Source: Macrostomum lignano
Lineage: Eukaryota
Length of the DNA stretch: 64,000 nucleotides
Direction: 5' to 3'
NCBI GenBank assembly: GCA_002269645.1
Contig: NIVC01002355.1
Span: 1-64,000 of the forward strand
Both the position numbers and the translations under genes were made by a program. Every line of letters starts with the position of its first letter. The stretch's first letter is position 1. The notes beneath the pieces were generated by a model. It was not told the DNA's origin. It did not search any database and worked only from the letters and a program-made list of their open reading frames with translations. Positions 19,648 to 32,491 of the stretch are shown here, piece by piece.

Positions 19648-22020
19648 ACAGCCTTAAGGTAAAAGACTGGCGTGTTTTTAGCCTGGAGCTGCGATTGGGG
19701 CCTCGCGGCATGATCGCGGCGTCCGGCTCCCGTCAATAGTGAGTAAGTCTATACAATCATGTCCACCAATACGAGTATAAGAAGCAACCTTCCACTACTA
19801 GAGGTCTTGAATGCAGTAAAAACAGTCCCAGCTCTTTATCTACACAGCAGTCTGGTAATTCATTTCAAGATACGACTCTTCCTTTACACTGCCGTTCACC
19901 TGTCAGCTTAGTCGATAATCCAAACCCATAATCCGTAGAAACAAAACAGAAGGAAAAATTGATCTAATAAAGCCATTTCCCAGCCTCATTGATGATGCAC
20001 TAATCAGAAGCCTCGCTAATTGAAAATCTGACAATGCGTGAGCTTTCAGTAATCAAAAATAATTTTCCCTGGTGGTATACTTTCATTTCAGTTAGCGATT
20101 AATTATTCTTTTAAAACTCTCTTCCGCATGCGATTACAGAATTGATTGATTGATTTTTATGGGCTCCGTCTGCAGACTTCATTATTCGGCTATTCGTCAA
20201 GGCTAGATTAGCAATCCATTTTATTACATTATACTTTACTGCCTAGATTAGCAATCGATTTCAGTAACCATCAGATGGGTAGCTGCGTTTAGAACTTCTT
20301 CGTACTCGAAGTTTATCATTTTGTAGTTCTCTCTTATTTATTTAAAAAGTCCAAAACTAATCGATGGACTTTATACTTGGTGAATTAATTTGACGTCTAA
20401 TTTACCGTCGTAGCGTACATGTCAGCCGCGTCTTTTTGCAGATTTTATAGACATAAAATCTATTCAATCACAGTTGATTTGCCCGCCGTAATTTACAGCA
20501 TCAGCGGGTTTTTCAGCCTTCAACGGATCAAGCATAAGTTACTAACATTAATAGACTCTGGCTTGCGTCCATAGTGGGCCCCAGACCCTCGTGTGGAACG
20601 ATTAACAGATTCTGCAGACAATAATCAATCATCCATCTGCGACTATCCAAGTCCGCCTCCCCTCGGGATTAAATATCTAAAACCCTGCGGGAGAGAACGT
20701 GAGAGAGAATGAGAAGTCGCTCCCGGTGTCTCTCCTCACTCTGGCAGTCGCTCGTGGGGAGGGATTTTCTTAGCCCCGAATTCGGAGGCTTGCGCCCGTC
20801 TCGCTGCACTTTTTCAGCAAGTAGATCCGGGAAGAAAAAAAATCTCAGGCTTGGTTGGTTGAGCCATAGCAAACTTGCCGGAAGTTCCGCTGTCAGGTCG
20901 GAGAAATCGGCCAAACTGAGGGAGAGCAGCTTGGCTCGCGGAGCGATGGTGGGAACTGCTGCTTGAAATACTCACAGTAATTGAATTTGCCGAGCAAAAA
21001 ATGCAGAGATGAAGCGTGCCTCAGAAAGCATTTTTTATTTAGTAATAGACCCTCCCATGCTTTTTGTCGAGAACAAGTCGAAACTAAATGTCTGATATAT
21101 TCGTGTCAACACTCCTATTGAATGGCTCTTACGAGTAATAGCTGCTTATGAGGCTCACAATGAGTAAGTAGCAAAATGAATTTCAGTAGACACCGGTCCT
21201 ATTTACATCGCTGTTTGCTCAGAATTCTAATAAAATAAACTCGAAAAATTCATTGGAACACACGCGGAGAGGCCGCCCTCGCCCCCGTAGCATACGAGCA
21301 CTGCTGACTTATTTGAACGATTACCAAGCAATTTTCTACAGCGAACTCTCTCCCAGGGGAACTTTGGGACGAAATTCGGCGGTTTTGGCGACATTGGCAA
21401 AAAGCCTTCGTTTTTTTCAAGTAAAAGGAGACTGACATTTCCTGGCCTGGAAGGGCTAAAAAGAGTGATCGACTGAAGCAGTAGAACATTTGCTTTATCA
21501 GTTGTTTCTGGTCGCGCGTTGACATTTCACTTTGGCAGCAGTGAAAGCAAAAGGCAAAAAGGCAAGTATTGTGTAATTCATTATGAAAGGGTAATTGCAC
21601 AGGTTTTTGGTCATGCACATTTTATATTTGGTATTGTGTCGGTGCTTTGGCTAAATATCGAGGAATGATGTGTCCATTTATAAAGAAAGTGCACGAGGCC
21701 TGGGAAAACTTTCTATAAAACGCTTTAAAGTATCCACATGAATGAGCTTTTCTCACTTGGACCCGGCCATGGACGGTCCATAGACGTAAACAAAGAAATA
21801 GACGAAAATGGACAACCAAGCATATGATTCAAATTTTTACTGCATAGAAGTACGAGTACATGTTTTTAAGCATACTTTCTAATCTATAGATTTCCGCTTC
21901 CTTCTTCAGATTAATGTCTATGGCCGAATTTTCAACTTGGTTGCCTTTATCCGTCTATGTCTATGGGCAAGACCAAATCTAGTGCTGCCAAATGGTAGTT
22001 CTCAACTTTGTTGGCTTAAC

Positions 22021-22248
22021 TACACCTTTTCACGTTCAATTTTGAACAAAGTCCAGTTCTAAAAAAACTAGCGGAAATTCAATTCAGACAATTCAGACTG
22101 GGGCAACAAAACCCAGTTCAAAACATTCTGCTACGGAAGCGAGGTTTAGCCATAGACAAAATTGTCCCCAGTCTGAATTGTCTGAATTGAATTTCCGCTA
22201 GTTTTTTTAGAACTGGACTTTGTTCAAAATTGAACGTGAAAAGGTGTA
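22021..22248. mobile_element. MITE with perfect 83-bp terminal inverted repeats, TA-flanked (Tc1/mariner-type)
   Basis: 22021-22103 is the exact reverse complement of 22166-22248. Outer dinucleotides are TA...TA. Confidence 0.88.
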
Positions 22249-22552
22249 TCAACTTGGCTGACAAAAGCGATAGTGCATCAGTCTTCTTGCAGTTTTAGGC
22301 AAAATGAAAATCACATGCTTGCAACTTATTTTGATACTCTACAGGCATGTTTAAAATATTGCAATAAAACAGAGCTGCGATTAATAAAAGCGGTAGTTTG
22401 ATAAGCAGTGATAATATACAAGTAGTCACTGTCCAATTCTAAGAATTTTAACAGCATGAAAATAGTCCAGCCACAACTATATGACAATGTTTTCAAGTCT
22501 TATTCGTTTCCTACGAAGGTCCAAGAAAAAAATATGATCAGTGCGTATATAC

Positions 22553-22589
<37 letters not shown>

Positions 22590-22605
22590 CACATTGTGTT
22601 TCTCA

Positions 22606-22815
22606 CTAGCCATAAAATGAATCAAGTTCACCCTACTTGATTACCAGTACTGTACGCCAGACAACATACAGAAACAAAGTGAGCATTTGAAATCTAAGAT
22701 TTAGTACTGCTATTATTACACCGATCGAACACCGCAAGTCTCATGAAAATCGGTTAAGCCATTCTTGAGAAAATCGATTGCGCACAAGCAAGATTTTCAT
22801 TTTTAGTATATAGGA
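22606..22815 (-). mobile_element. 210-bp non-autonomous mini-Helitron
   Basis: Minus strand A|TCCTATATACTAAAAATG ... hairpin AATCAAGT-agggtga-ACTTGATT ... CTAG|T. Inserted between A and T with no TSD. Same 5' 18-mer as array unit 2. Confidence 0.85.
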
Positions 22816-23152
22816 TTTTGTTAAAACAAATGTGCAAATTCGAAATTTTCAATTCCGTTGCATGTTCTGCATTTCGCGATATTTCTGAAGCCTGTTTGAT
22901 TCGCATTACACATTCAAAAATATATTAGAAGGGCGCAGAGTGTACATTTCGCTGAGAACCGTTTTCTTCGCGGCAAAATGTATCGGCGAGATCGGCGAAA
23001 ATCGGCGAAAGCATCGGACTTCCAATCTACGAGACTCCAGCAATTTTTGCAGGGTTTGCAAGTGTTTCTGCTTCAGCTGTCTGTGGCATCTACATCGCGC
23101 CTAAAATGCGTGTTAAAAGCTCTAGCAAAACATGCGCTCACATCTACGTTAG

Positions 23153-24529
23153 TCAAACCTGCGCTTCAGTTTCTTTATCGCTATCAACTTCATCCACTCT
23201 GTTCTCCAGCTTTGATTGACTGGCCCGCTGTTCGTCAGCCTCCTCGTTGTCACGCTGGCTGTGATAGCTGCTCAGCAGGGGGATCTCGTTACCAGCCACG
23301 GATATGCGCGATCGTGACGATGGCCGTCTCTTGATGCCCAGGCCGCCATTGATGAGCACGTCAATTTGCAGCTGCTCAGACTGCTGCTGTTGCTCCTGCT
23401 GCTGTTCGTCATCACGAACTGGCGTCCGTCCATTTCGATGGCTGGGATGTTCATTCGCCTCTTTCAGTCGCTGTCTGATTGTTGCCGCTATTTGCTGATT
23501 CTGCTGCTGAATCCGAGTCGTATTGTTGCCTGCCCGTTGTCTGCAGCGACAGAACAGCGACAGGTAGAAGTTACACACCGGATCGCACGAACGAATGTAC
23601 AGAAACGGATTGACGACGCTGTTGCACAGCAGGAGCCACCAGCACAGCTGGAAAATGTGAAATAGCGGCTGCGTTGGCGAGAACAGAGCCTTGTCAACCA
23701 GCGTACGGATGACTACCATCAGCATGCATGGCAGCCACATGGTCGTGTAGATCGAGTCGAAGACAATCAGCCACCGGCCCGCTCGTCGGCTCGCCTTGCC
23801 AGCCAAACGAAGCATTCGGTCTTGGCCAGCAAACTGGGCGATGCCTCCCTGCAGAGTGTAAAACAGCTGCTTTCGTTGGCGCATTCTGGTGTACACTAGG
23901 CAGCTGCTGATGACCGTGGCAGAGAACGGCAGAAAGAATTGGATTAGCACCCCGCACAGCTGCAAGGCCAGGCTCTCTTCATACTGCACCGAGCATCCGT
24001 GATCTTCACAGCTTTCCGTGGAATTTCCGCCAACTTTGGGCCAGAGCAGAATCAGCGGCGTGTGAAAGTTGGCCAGCACAAAGCAGCAGACTAAAATACC
24101 CGATATTTTACGGCGGGTCTGCATCTTCTGGTAGCGCAGGGGTTCCATCACTAGCACGGAGCGATCGTAGCTCAGAATGGCTACGCAGTACGATGACATG
24201 CTGCACAGGATGTAGTCTGCTATTAGGTAGGGCTTGCACAAGGCTCGAGACACTGGCCATTTGAAGTTGTTTAGCGTAAAAACTCCGTACAGGGGCACGT
24301 CCACCAGACATACTAACATGTCAATCGCAGCCATAATGGTAATGATAAAGAAGTAAGGATTGGTAGCTCGGCCAAATTTGACTAGGCCGAAAATCACAGC
24401 CGTATTACCAAGAAGTCCGAGCGACACCATGAGAGTCATGGCTACACCCGAGATGGTCACGACAACTCTCGATGACAATATTGGCGAGCCTTCATCGATG
24501 CAGCTCAAATTTGCGTCAACGCTTTGCAT
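23153..24529 (-). CDS. Intronless class A GPCR, aminergic (histamine H3/H4-like), 458 aa
   Basis: First ATG at 24529 (the track start is a GTG). TM1 GN, TM2 AAID, TM3 CKPYLIADYILC...SYDR with D3.32, TM5 FFLPF, TM6 MWLP, TM7 NSVVNPFLY. Poly-Q C-terminal tail. Confidence 0.93.
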   Translation of the reverse strand: MQSVDANLSCIDEGSPILSSRVVVTISGVAMTLMVSLGLLGNTAVIFGLVKFGRATNPYFFIITIMAAIDMLVCLVDVPLYGVFTLNNFKWPVSRALCKPYLIADYILCSMSSYCVAILSYDRSVLVMEPLRYQKMQTRRKISGILVCCFVLANFHTPLILLWPKVGGNSTESCEDHGCSVQYEESLALQLCGVLIQFFLPFSATVISSCLVYTRMRQRKQLFYTLQGGIAQFAGQDRMLRLAGKASRRAGRWLIVFDSIYTTMWLPCMLMVVIRTLVDKALFSPTQPLFHIFQLCWWLLLCNSVVNPFLYIRSCDPVCNFYLSLFCRCRQRAGNNTTRIQQQNQQIAATIRQRLKEANEHPSHRNGRTPVRDDEQQQEQQQQSEQLQIDVLINGGLGIKRRPSSRSRISVAGNEIPLLSSYHSQRDNEEADEQRASQSKLENRVDEVDSDKETEAQV

Positions 24530-25898
24530 CACGCTTTGATTTTACGACTTGACTGCTTTATGGGTGTTCAAAGTGATTAGGAAAAATTAACTCACATGTG
24601 CATATATGATATGCTCTGACAGATATAGTCGGTTTTACAGTGCGGGAGGAAGCAGTGGGTGGAGTATGTTAGAAACTAATTGGCTGACTTTGACGACCAA
24701 TAAGGAGACGGATGGAATTCAGTCTATATAGGCTTTTCTTTGGGTTGGCAGGGCTGGCAATAGTTGATTAAAGGCTGAAAATAACTTACAGTGGTAATGT
24801 ATTACTGAAATTATGAATCATTTCGGCATGAGCTATGAAATGAGATAGTGAGGTACATTGGCTGTAGTAGTTTAGGGCCACGACTAGACTAATCAAAGAA
24901 CCGCCAATCCCGACTCACGAAATCTTGCCCTGGAGATTTCATGTGGCAAGTAAAGAAAGGAGAAGCCTTAGATCTCAATAGTTAGGAAGTTAGATGAGAG
25001 TTTTTATAGTCAGTTTATTTGAGGTAGAAGTATGGATAAAAATGTTAGCATGCTCAAGATGCTTACACTATCCCATGCCTATTTGGGAAAAATATCGCGA
25101 AGGGCGAGATGAATAATACTGCCGGGATCCGCCCAGGCCCGCCCAACCAGGCACCGATTGGAGCCCTCAGAGCTTCATCCGGCCCCTAAAAAAAGATTCA
25201 ACGTGCTCAGTCTCTTTCTCTCTCCTCTTCCTGAGAACTTCATCGCTAACGCGATTTCCGGACGTCTTCCGGGCCCGCCATCGGCTGAAGTGTCGCCTGC
25301 TGGTACAGATAAAGTAGCGAAGAATCGGAGAGACGCTGAGTCTTCCTCTCCATAGAAGACTTCAACTGGAGCAGCAATTGCTTCCGGGACTGGGTACTGC
25401 TCCGCTAAGCTGGATTCTAATTGTCAAGAGTCCCAGCGATTCTCAGAGATTCTCTCTGCCGTTAGTCCTACTTCCTTGGCAAAGGCGACACGCTTTGCTG
25501 GTTTACTGTTTCGCAGCAGGCAGAATTTTCTATGCCCAGAAAATTTTCAGCGCGCATGAACGAGCGAGCATTGTGTCGGTCTAAATCTGCTCAGCAGCTG
25601 AGCAGCAGGAACCAAACAGTGTTCCGGCACGCGAGTACATCGGCATTGGCAAGGCTGGATGCCGTTGTGTTTCTAAATTAAGCTGAAAAATCGTTTAAAT
25701 TCGTGTGCAGACCTGGTCCTTCGTTAGGAGCTTTAGAAGTGTTCTACAATTAATATCTCACTACGATTCATGTGTGGTAATAAATAGCAATATGCTCCTA
25801 AAACTAACTTGACAGAACAAAAAGATCCCAAAAACTATGGGATATGCATGCAACCTTGCTTTTAGCACCATCATCTTATATTAGCATCCCCATGCTTT

Positions 25899-26256
25899 TC
25901 AATTTCGAACACAAAATCAACCGTCTTTCGCACGCGTCGACACCCACCAGAGTTGTGTCCTAGCCGTCGGGAGCCATCAAATACGTCTCTTGAGCGTCCA
26001 AAGCCACCAGAGCCGCTTCACCTGCATCTGGGGTCACTTGAACCGGTATCGGTTTGTCGTTATTCCGACTGTATTTTGTCTCATTTACTATTTTTTCCAG
26101 GTAGATCGCTACAGCCAGTGTGAGAATTCGTTAAGAAAGTGTTTTGGCCCAACTTTCTACAAATGCACTACGAGGAAAGACTGCTGCACAAGGAATCGGA
26201 GTTCCACCACGCTTTCAACAATGTCGCCCTGAATATGTCTAAGATGCGAATATAAG
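25899..26256 (+). other. Candidate terminal exons of an unidentified gene (needs one 1-nt correction)
   Basis: Open frame ...PKPPEPLHLHLGSLEP, donor gtatcg, acceptor ttttttccag at 26100, then VDRYSQCE. A shift near 26123 gives EFVKKVFWPNFLQMHYEERLLHKESEFHHAFNNVALNMSKMRI*. No family recognised. Confidence 0.3.
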
Positions 26257-27879
26257 CGGTGATTTTTATTGTCTCGCAAGCAAATATGATTCCATGGCAT
26301 AGCGCTGAATTCATGGCCATAGACAAAAGAGATCGACAAGTTTCGTTTAGACAATTTTTTGAAATAATCCGCGCTAAACAAATATAATTGTTCGATAAGT
26401 CCATGGTTCGAAGCTGCACCCCGCCGCACGACTAAGAGTCCTTAGCCGACTTCACGGCCAAAGCTATGCATTTAGGAGCAGTTTATCTTTTTAAGAGGTT
26501 CTGAACTAACGAGAATATATTTATGTGAAAACACGAATGGTTAGCAACAAAATTTTTTTTTCAATTTATGCGATTTTGACCCCTCAGTTGGCCATTTAAA
26601 ACATCATGCGCCTCTGAGTGGTGAATTCCGAATGTTTTTATCTGTCGACCTACTGTCTGCAGCATATACATGTATCCCATGCAAAACAATAATGTTACCC
26701 TATTTTTTATTAATCCATCAGTAGCAGCAAATTTGTTGTTTTGGTGCGCTAGAGTACGGATCCAAATGGGACGACAGAAAGGAAAAAGCATGTCTCGTCT
26801 TCAAAGCGGCCCGATAGACAAAGCTTGTCCAAAGCTTGTAGCTGTGAAAGTTTTTTAAAGGGTAAAGTGCAGCCACCCGATTGCATAGCCGAAGCATACG
26901 TTTGTTACATCCACAGCCTCGAGATGCATGCCCTATTGTTTGATTGCCATGCAAAAATCGCTTGTTTCATCTTTCGGAAGTGTTACTTTGCTTTCCTAAG
27001 CATGCGACGCTCCTCCACAGTGCAGTGCAGAGGATTAGCCTAACTTAAACTATTGCATGTGCCTATAGCCAATGTATTTAGTACTAGACTAGCTCAGTTT
27101 GAGAAGCTATAAAAATCACTGATACGTGTCAATTTGTGCACTAAACGTTTTTGACAATATTTTGCATGGTAGAAGTGCTGTGATCTTTAAGATGAATTGA
27201 ATTGGGCATTGTTACCTAGTTGTACAAGCTCCTAGATGTACCTGATTGACCGTTCTTCATTGATTTCTAACATTTCCAGTTATTCTTCATCACTAAAAAT
27301 AGATTGTCGCGCACGAATTTGAGTTTAGCGAACAACTGTCGGGACTGCAGCGCTTTTCCTCTGTATTCATGACTAGTAAAGAGACTTTTACAGTGTATTG
27401 TCGAGTGCAGACTTAAAATAAAAAGTTAGTGTACTTTGACATATTGAGTTACATTTACAATGATCTGCGCTTGAGAGAGTAGTGTAGAGAAGATGCATAC
27501 TGCTTTCTAAACGGTGGGCGCTTAGTCAGTCCTGAGTTCATAAAATGGTCGTTAACATGCTTAGTGCTGTCTGTTGGATGTCATGAGAACAAAAATCTGT
27601 ACCCATCTCTGCAGTGTTTGGGGGATCCTAGCTCAGGTGCATTCTCATTTCACCTGTATAACAATCGAGACTTTGTCTCTGTCTAGAGACAATACAAAAG
27701 GTTTTAAAAGCTTGCTAGTTGCATGCATACTAACTGCTAACTTCCCTAATTATTCTTTATGACAGCGGAGTTCCCATGCGCACTTTGACGACCTTCGTTC
27801 TTGTTTAAGCTATTATCCATTCATCGAAAAGGAAAGTATTTTATTGTTGCTATGCAAAAAGCAGAATTCTATAAATAAA

Positions 27880-28123
27880 TCCTCTTTAATACTAAAGTTG
27901 GTGCGATGTTTGTCTGTCTGTATGTTGCAATTTTTCTCCTAGACTACTTGCAACTCAGCGTTGAAACTTATATGGGTAAACTGCAAATTTTCCGGGTTGG
28001 GTTTATAGCTATTTTAATCTTTCATTTTTACATTTTAAGATCCCTAAAAAAGCAGAAATAATATAACAATAGGGAATCTGATCCACCTTGCGCAACTCTT
28101 AGTGATTGCGCCACAACAGCTGG
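27880..28123 (+). mobile_element. Short Helitron-like (DINE/Lep1-type) non-autonomous element, second family
   Basis: A|TCCTCTTTAATACTAAAG start, GTCT microsatellite, GCGCAA...TTGCGC hairpin (28090-28111) then CTGG (CTRR). The 3' flank is not T. Confidence 0.5.
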
Positions 28124-29714
28124 CCTATCTGTGTAGTGTATTCTTTTAGCTGAAGGGGTGTAACTGGGCCAGTTGGCATCAATTTTTAGTGATTACGCCA
28201 CAACTTTCTCCTATCTCGGCAGTGTATTTTCTCTCCAATGGGGGAATGGGGGCGTTCTCAGTGGCTGCGTGTGTACAATCGGACCCTAGCTCACTGGCTG
28301 ATTGTATAGACAATTGCGCAACGATATGTTTTCTGATTTTCAATAGGCAGCCCTGTGTATTTGTTGGACACTATGTATTTGTTGGACAGTAAAATTTAAT
28401 GAATAAACTTGCGAGCCTCCCACTGCTGCAGGCAGTGAACGTACACTCGATAGTTCAATTCCTTAAAACGGGAAATTTCAAAGCCAAACTGTTCCTCGAG
28501 TTTTAAACTTTAAGAGAAGAGACTTATATTGCTGGAAAGAGGTTGCAACGCTGAGTTAGGGGATATAAGTTGTTTGCTCTAAATGTGAAAATTAAAAGCA
28601 CAGCATTCGAAAAGCGATTTCAATACTTTTAACTTTTTGCAAAGATTGTACTCCATTTCGGGGGTTCAATAAGGGTTTGACAGACCCCCAACAGTGGGGG
28701 GGGGGTTCAATTTCTAGCTGCACTGCGTATTCGAAGGGGTTCGGTCGCTGTGTATTGAAGGGTTGATTTAGATTGCGCAATTTTTTTGTTAACTTTAACC
28801 GAGGCTGATACTGACTGCCTGAGAAATAAGTTGCGCAATTTAATTGGTTCGATGTCTTTACGGCGCCTTTCAACACGCAGCTGTGTGTAGCTCTAACCCT
28901 AACCCTAACCATAACCAATGAATTCTGAGAGCTGGGTTCTGTTTGATGGAGAAATTTCAATTGAGTCCAGTTACACGGAGAGAATTTTCGCGGAGAGGAT
29001 TTTGATGGTGTTCAGTTTCACGGAGACGATTTCTGTTTCGCGGAGAGTTCAGGAAATGGGATTCCGGTGATGGGAGTTCTTCCCCTTTCTTCTCCGAAGG
29101 AGGAGTTGGCCTCGTCGTATATACTAAAAATGGTCTGTCTGTGTCTATGTGATCGATTAGAGAAAAAATGGCTGGACCGATTTTGTTCGAACTTGCACTG
29201 TTCGATCAGAAATTTTCCCGTGACTGTACATGCATCGTGGCTAAGAAATTGTTCGATGCTAAAGGCATTAAATATTCGAAAAACATGCTTTTCTGCAAAG
29301 GTCAAGCAAACTTTTCGACTTGAGATGCATTGTAAGAATGCTAGAGAAAAAACTTACTGGTTGAATTCTGATTCTGAAATAGATTGCATCATAACTGAAT
29401 TGTAACTCCGACTTGAATTGAAAATGCAGTGTGGAAGCGTAGCACCAGACTTGATTTAAATTGCGTAACCATATTGTTAACTGATACTGACTGACTGAGA
29501 AACTGATTATGTCATAACTGCTTCGTGTGATTTACTCTATGCTTGGATTTTCAAGTGTTGAATTATATAAGTGCAAATTTTGATGTTATCAAAATGATGA
29601 GAGCTAGCCTAGAGGTAAACAGACTGAACTGCTAAATGCAGCGACGATGGTTCGAATTTTCATAGAGTATAATTTTTTTAATTAAAGCTTTTCAACGTCA
29701 GGAAAACTAAAAGA

Positions 29715-31400
29715 CTTTTTAAAAAGAAGCGTCATGTAAAAATCATAGAAGCGTCATTTACAAAATCATAAAAGCGTCATGTAAAAAAATCATAGAAGCG
29801 TCATGTAAACAATCATAGAAGCGTCATGTAAAAATCATAGAAGCGTCATGTAAACAATCATAGAAGCGTCATGAAAATCATAGAAGCGTCATTTAAAAAA
29901 TCATAGAAGCGTCATATAAAAATCATAGATGCGTCATTTAAAAAATCGTAGAAGCGTCATGTAAACAATCATAGAAGCGTCATGTAAAAAATCATAGAAG
30001 CGTCATATAAAAATCATAGAAGCGTCATTTAAAAAATCATAGAAGCGTCATGTAAACAATCATAGAAGCGTCATGTAAAAAATCATAGAAGCGTCATGTA
30101 AACAATCATAGAAGCGTCATTTAAACAATCATAGAAGCGTCATTAAAAAATAATAGAAGCGTCATTTAAAAAATCATAAAAGCGTCATTTAAAAAATCAT
30201 AAAAGCGTCATTTAAAAAATCATAGAAGCGTCATATAAAAATCGTAGAAGCGTCATGTAAAAAATCATAGAAGCGTCATATAAAAATCATAGAAGCGTCA
30301 TTCAAAAAATCATAGAAGCGTCATGTAAACAATCATAGAAGTGTCATGTAAAAAATCGTAGAAGCGTCATGTAAAAAATCTTAGAAGCGTCATGTAAACA
30401 ATCATAGAAGCGTCATGTAAACAATCATAGAAGCGTCATGTAAACAATCATAAAAGCGTCATGTAAACAATCATAGAAGCGTCATGTAAACAATCATAGA
30501 AGCGTCATTTAAACAATCATAGAAGCGTCATTAAAAAATAATAGAAGCGTCATTTAAAAAATCATAGAAGAGTCATGTAAAAAATCATAGAAGCGTCATG
30601 TAAACAATCATAGAAGTGTCATGTAAAAAATCATAGAAGCGTCATGTAAAAAATCATAGAAGCGTCATGTAAACAATCATAGAAGCGTCATGTAAACAAT
30701 TATAGAAGCGTCATGTAAACAATCATAGAAGCGTCATGTAAACAATCATAGAAGCGTCATGTAAACAATCATAGAAGCGTCATGTAAACAATCATAGAAG
30801 CGTCATGTAAACAATCATAGAAGCGTCATGTAAACAATCATAGAAGCGTCATGTAAACAATCATAGAAGCGTCATGTAAACAATCATAGAAGCGTCATGT
30901 AAAAAATCATAGAAGCGTCATGTAAAAAATCATAGAAGCGTCATTAAAAAATCATTGAAGCGCCATTTAAAAAATCATAGAAGCGTCATATAAAAATCGT
31001 AGAAGCGTCATGTAAACAATCATAGAAGCGTCATGTAAACAATCATAGAAGCGTCATGTAAACAATCATAGAAGCGTCATGTAAACAATCATAGAAGCGT
31101 CATGTAAACAATCATAGAAGCGTCATGTAAAAAATCGTAGAAGCGTCATGTAAACAATCATAGAAGCGTCATGTAAACAATCATAGAAGCGTCATGTAAA
31201 AAATCGTAGAAGCGTCATGTAAACAATCATAGAAGCGTCATGTAAACAATCATAGAAGCGTCATGTAAACAATCATAGAAGCGTCATATAAAAATCATAG
31301 AAGCGTCATGTAAAAATCATAGAAGCGTCAAGAAAAAATCATAGAAGCCTCATTTAAAAACTAATGAAAGTGTCATTTAAAAAATTAAGAAGCGTCACGG
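29715..31400. repeat. Satellite A, 23-bp unit AAACAATCATAGAAGCGTCATGT
   Basis: Period 23 checked at 30721/30744. About 70 units. Confidence 0.97.
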
Positions 31401-32208
31401 TAGAATAAAAAAACGTCATGTCAGACATGAAGGGTTCATGTAAAAATTAAATGCAATTATAATGCTGTGCTGGGAGAAAAACTGAGACGTAAAGGCTCTC
31501 AGAGAATAACTGAGATTACGGGGGGGGTTTCTGAGATGTCAAAGCAAAAGTCAGAAGCTACTTCAAAGTTCATGTCACGGGGGGGCGCTGATAGAAGAAT
31601 AGTCATGTAAAAAATAAAAGTAGCACTATGTATACATAAAATAAAAGTCATGTCGAAGTTGAAAGATTCATTTGGGAATTGCTACGATGTCAAAGCTTGG
31701 TGGAAATCGTTATAGTGCTGTTATTCTTAAAGAAGGAATCACTAAAATGTCAAGGCTTAGGGGAGAAGAATTGCTGAGATTTCAAGGCTTTAGGTTGGGT
31801 TAAAGTTAGGTTTAGGTCAGGTGTGGGTTGAGGGTTATATTTTATCGGGTTTCAAGGTTAACAGGGGATTTTTTAGATTTCAAGGTTTATGGGGGCCATT
31901 GCTGACATGTCAAGGCTTACGGGGGGAATAGCTGAGATGTCAAGGCTCACGGGGTATAAATGAGATTTCAAGGCTAAAGTCAGAAGCTACATGTAGTTTA
32001 TTGAAAACTTTTTATTACATTATTTGATGCCTCCTCAGGGGAGGGATCGCTGATAAAAAAGCGTAATGTAAAAAATAAAATAAGCTTCATGTCGAAGTTA
32101 AGAGATTCATTTGGGAATCCCTACGATGTTGAGGCTTGCAGGGAATCGCTATAATGCTGTAGTAGTGCTATAATGACTCTTAGAGAGAATTACTGAAATT
32201 TCAATGCT

Positions 32209-32264
32209 TTAGGGTTAGGTTAGGGTTAGGGTTAGGGTTAGGGTTAGGCTAGGGTTAGGGTTAG
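32209..32264 (+). repeat. Interstitial (TTAGGG)n tract
   Basis: About 9 near-perfect units read directly. Degenerate version at 31790-31835; CCCTAA tract at about 28892-28915. Confidence 0.9.
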
Positions 32265-32491
32265 AAGGTTGACAGATATTTTTAGATTTCCAAGGCTTAT
32301 TGGGGGCATTGCTGAGATGTCAAGGGGGGAAGTTGATATGTTAAAGCTTGTGGGGGGGGATAACTGACATGTCAAGGCTTACAAGGTTTGACAGAAGATT
32401 TTTTAGGATTTCAAGGATACATGTAGCTTATTAAAAAAACGTGTATTGCATTTCTTTGGCTCCCCAACGGGGGGCGTAGATTGCTAGTCCT

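Larger units (their letters stand above)
29115..32487 (+). mobile_element. Helitron array unit 1
   Basis: 5' TCGTATATACTAAAAATG, about 580-bp head homologous to units 2 and 3, satellite A, duplicated tail, CCCC-aac-GGGG hairpin then CTAG at 32484-32487. Confidence 0.8.

Noticed and set aside
18249-19739. ORFs of 460-495 aa (PLQPI, PSPAH, WAGEG)
   Set aside because: Several frames on both strands are open because a stop-free 15-bp unit is repeated. No evidence of a gene.
20620-21450. GC-rich blocks with short ORFs (20669-20966, 21253-21435)
   Set aside because: No recognisable domain, consistent splice pattern or termini.
32209-32264. Chromosome end or fusion scar
   Set aside because: Short, single orientation, and embedded in a duplicated repeat tail.
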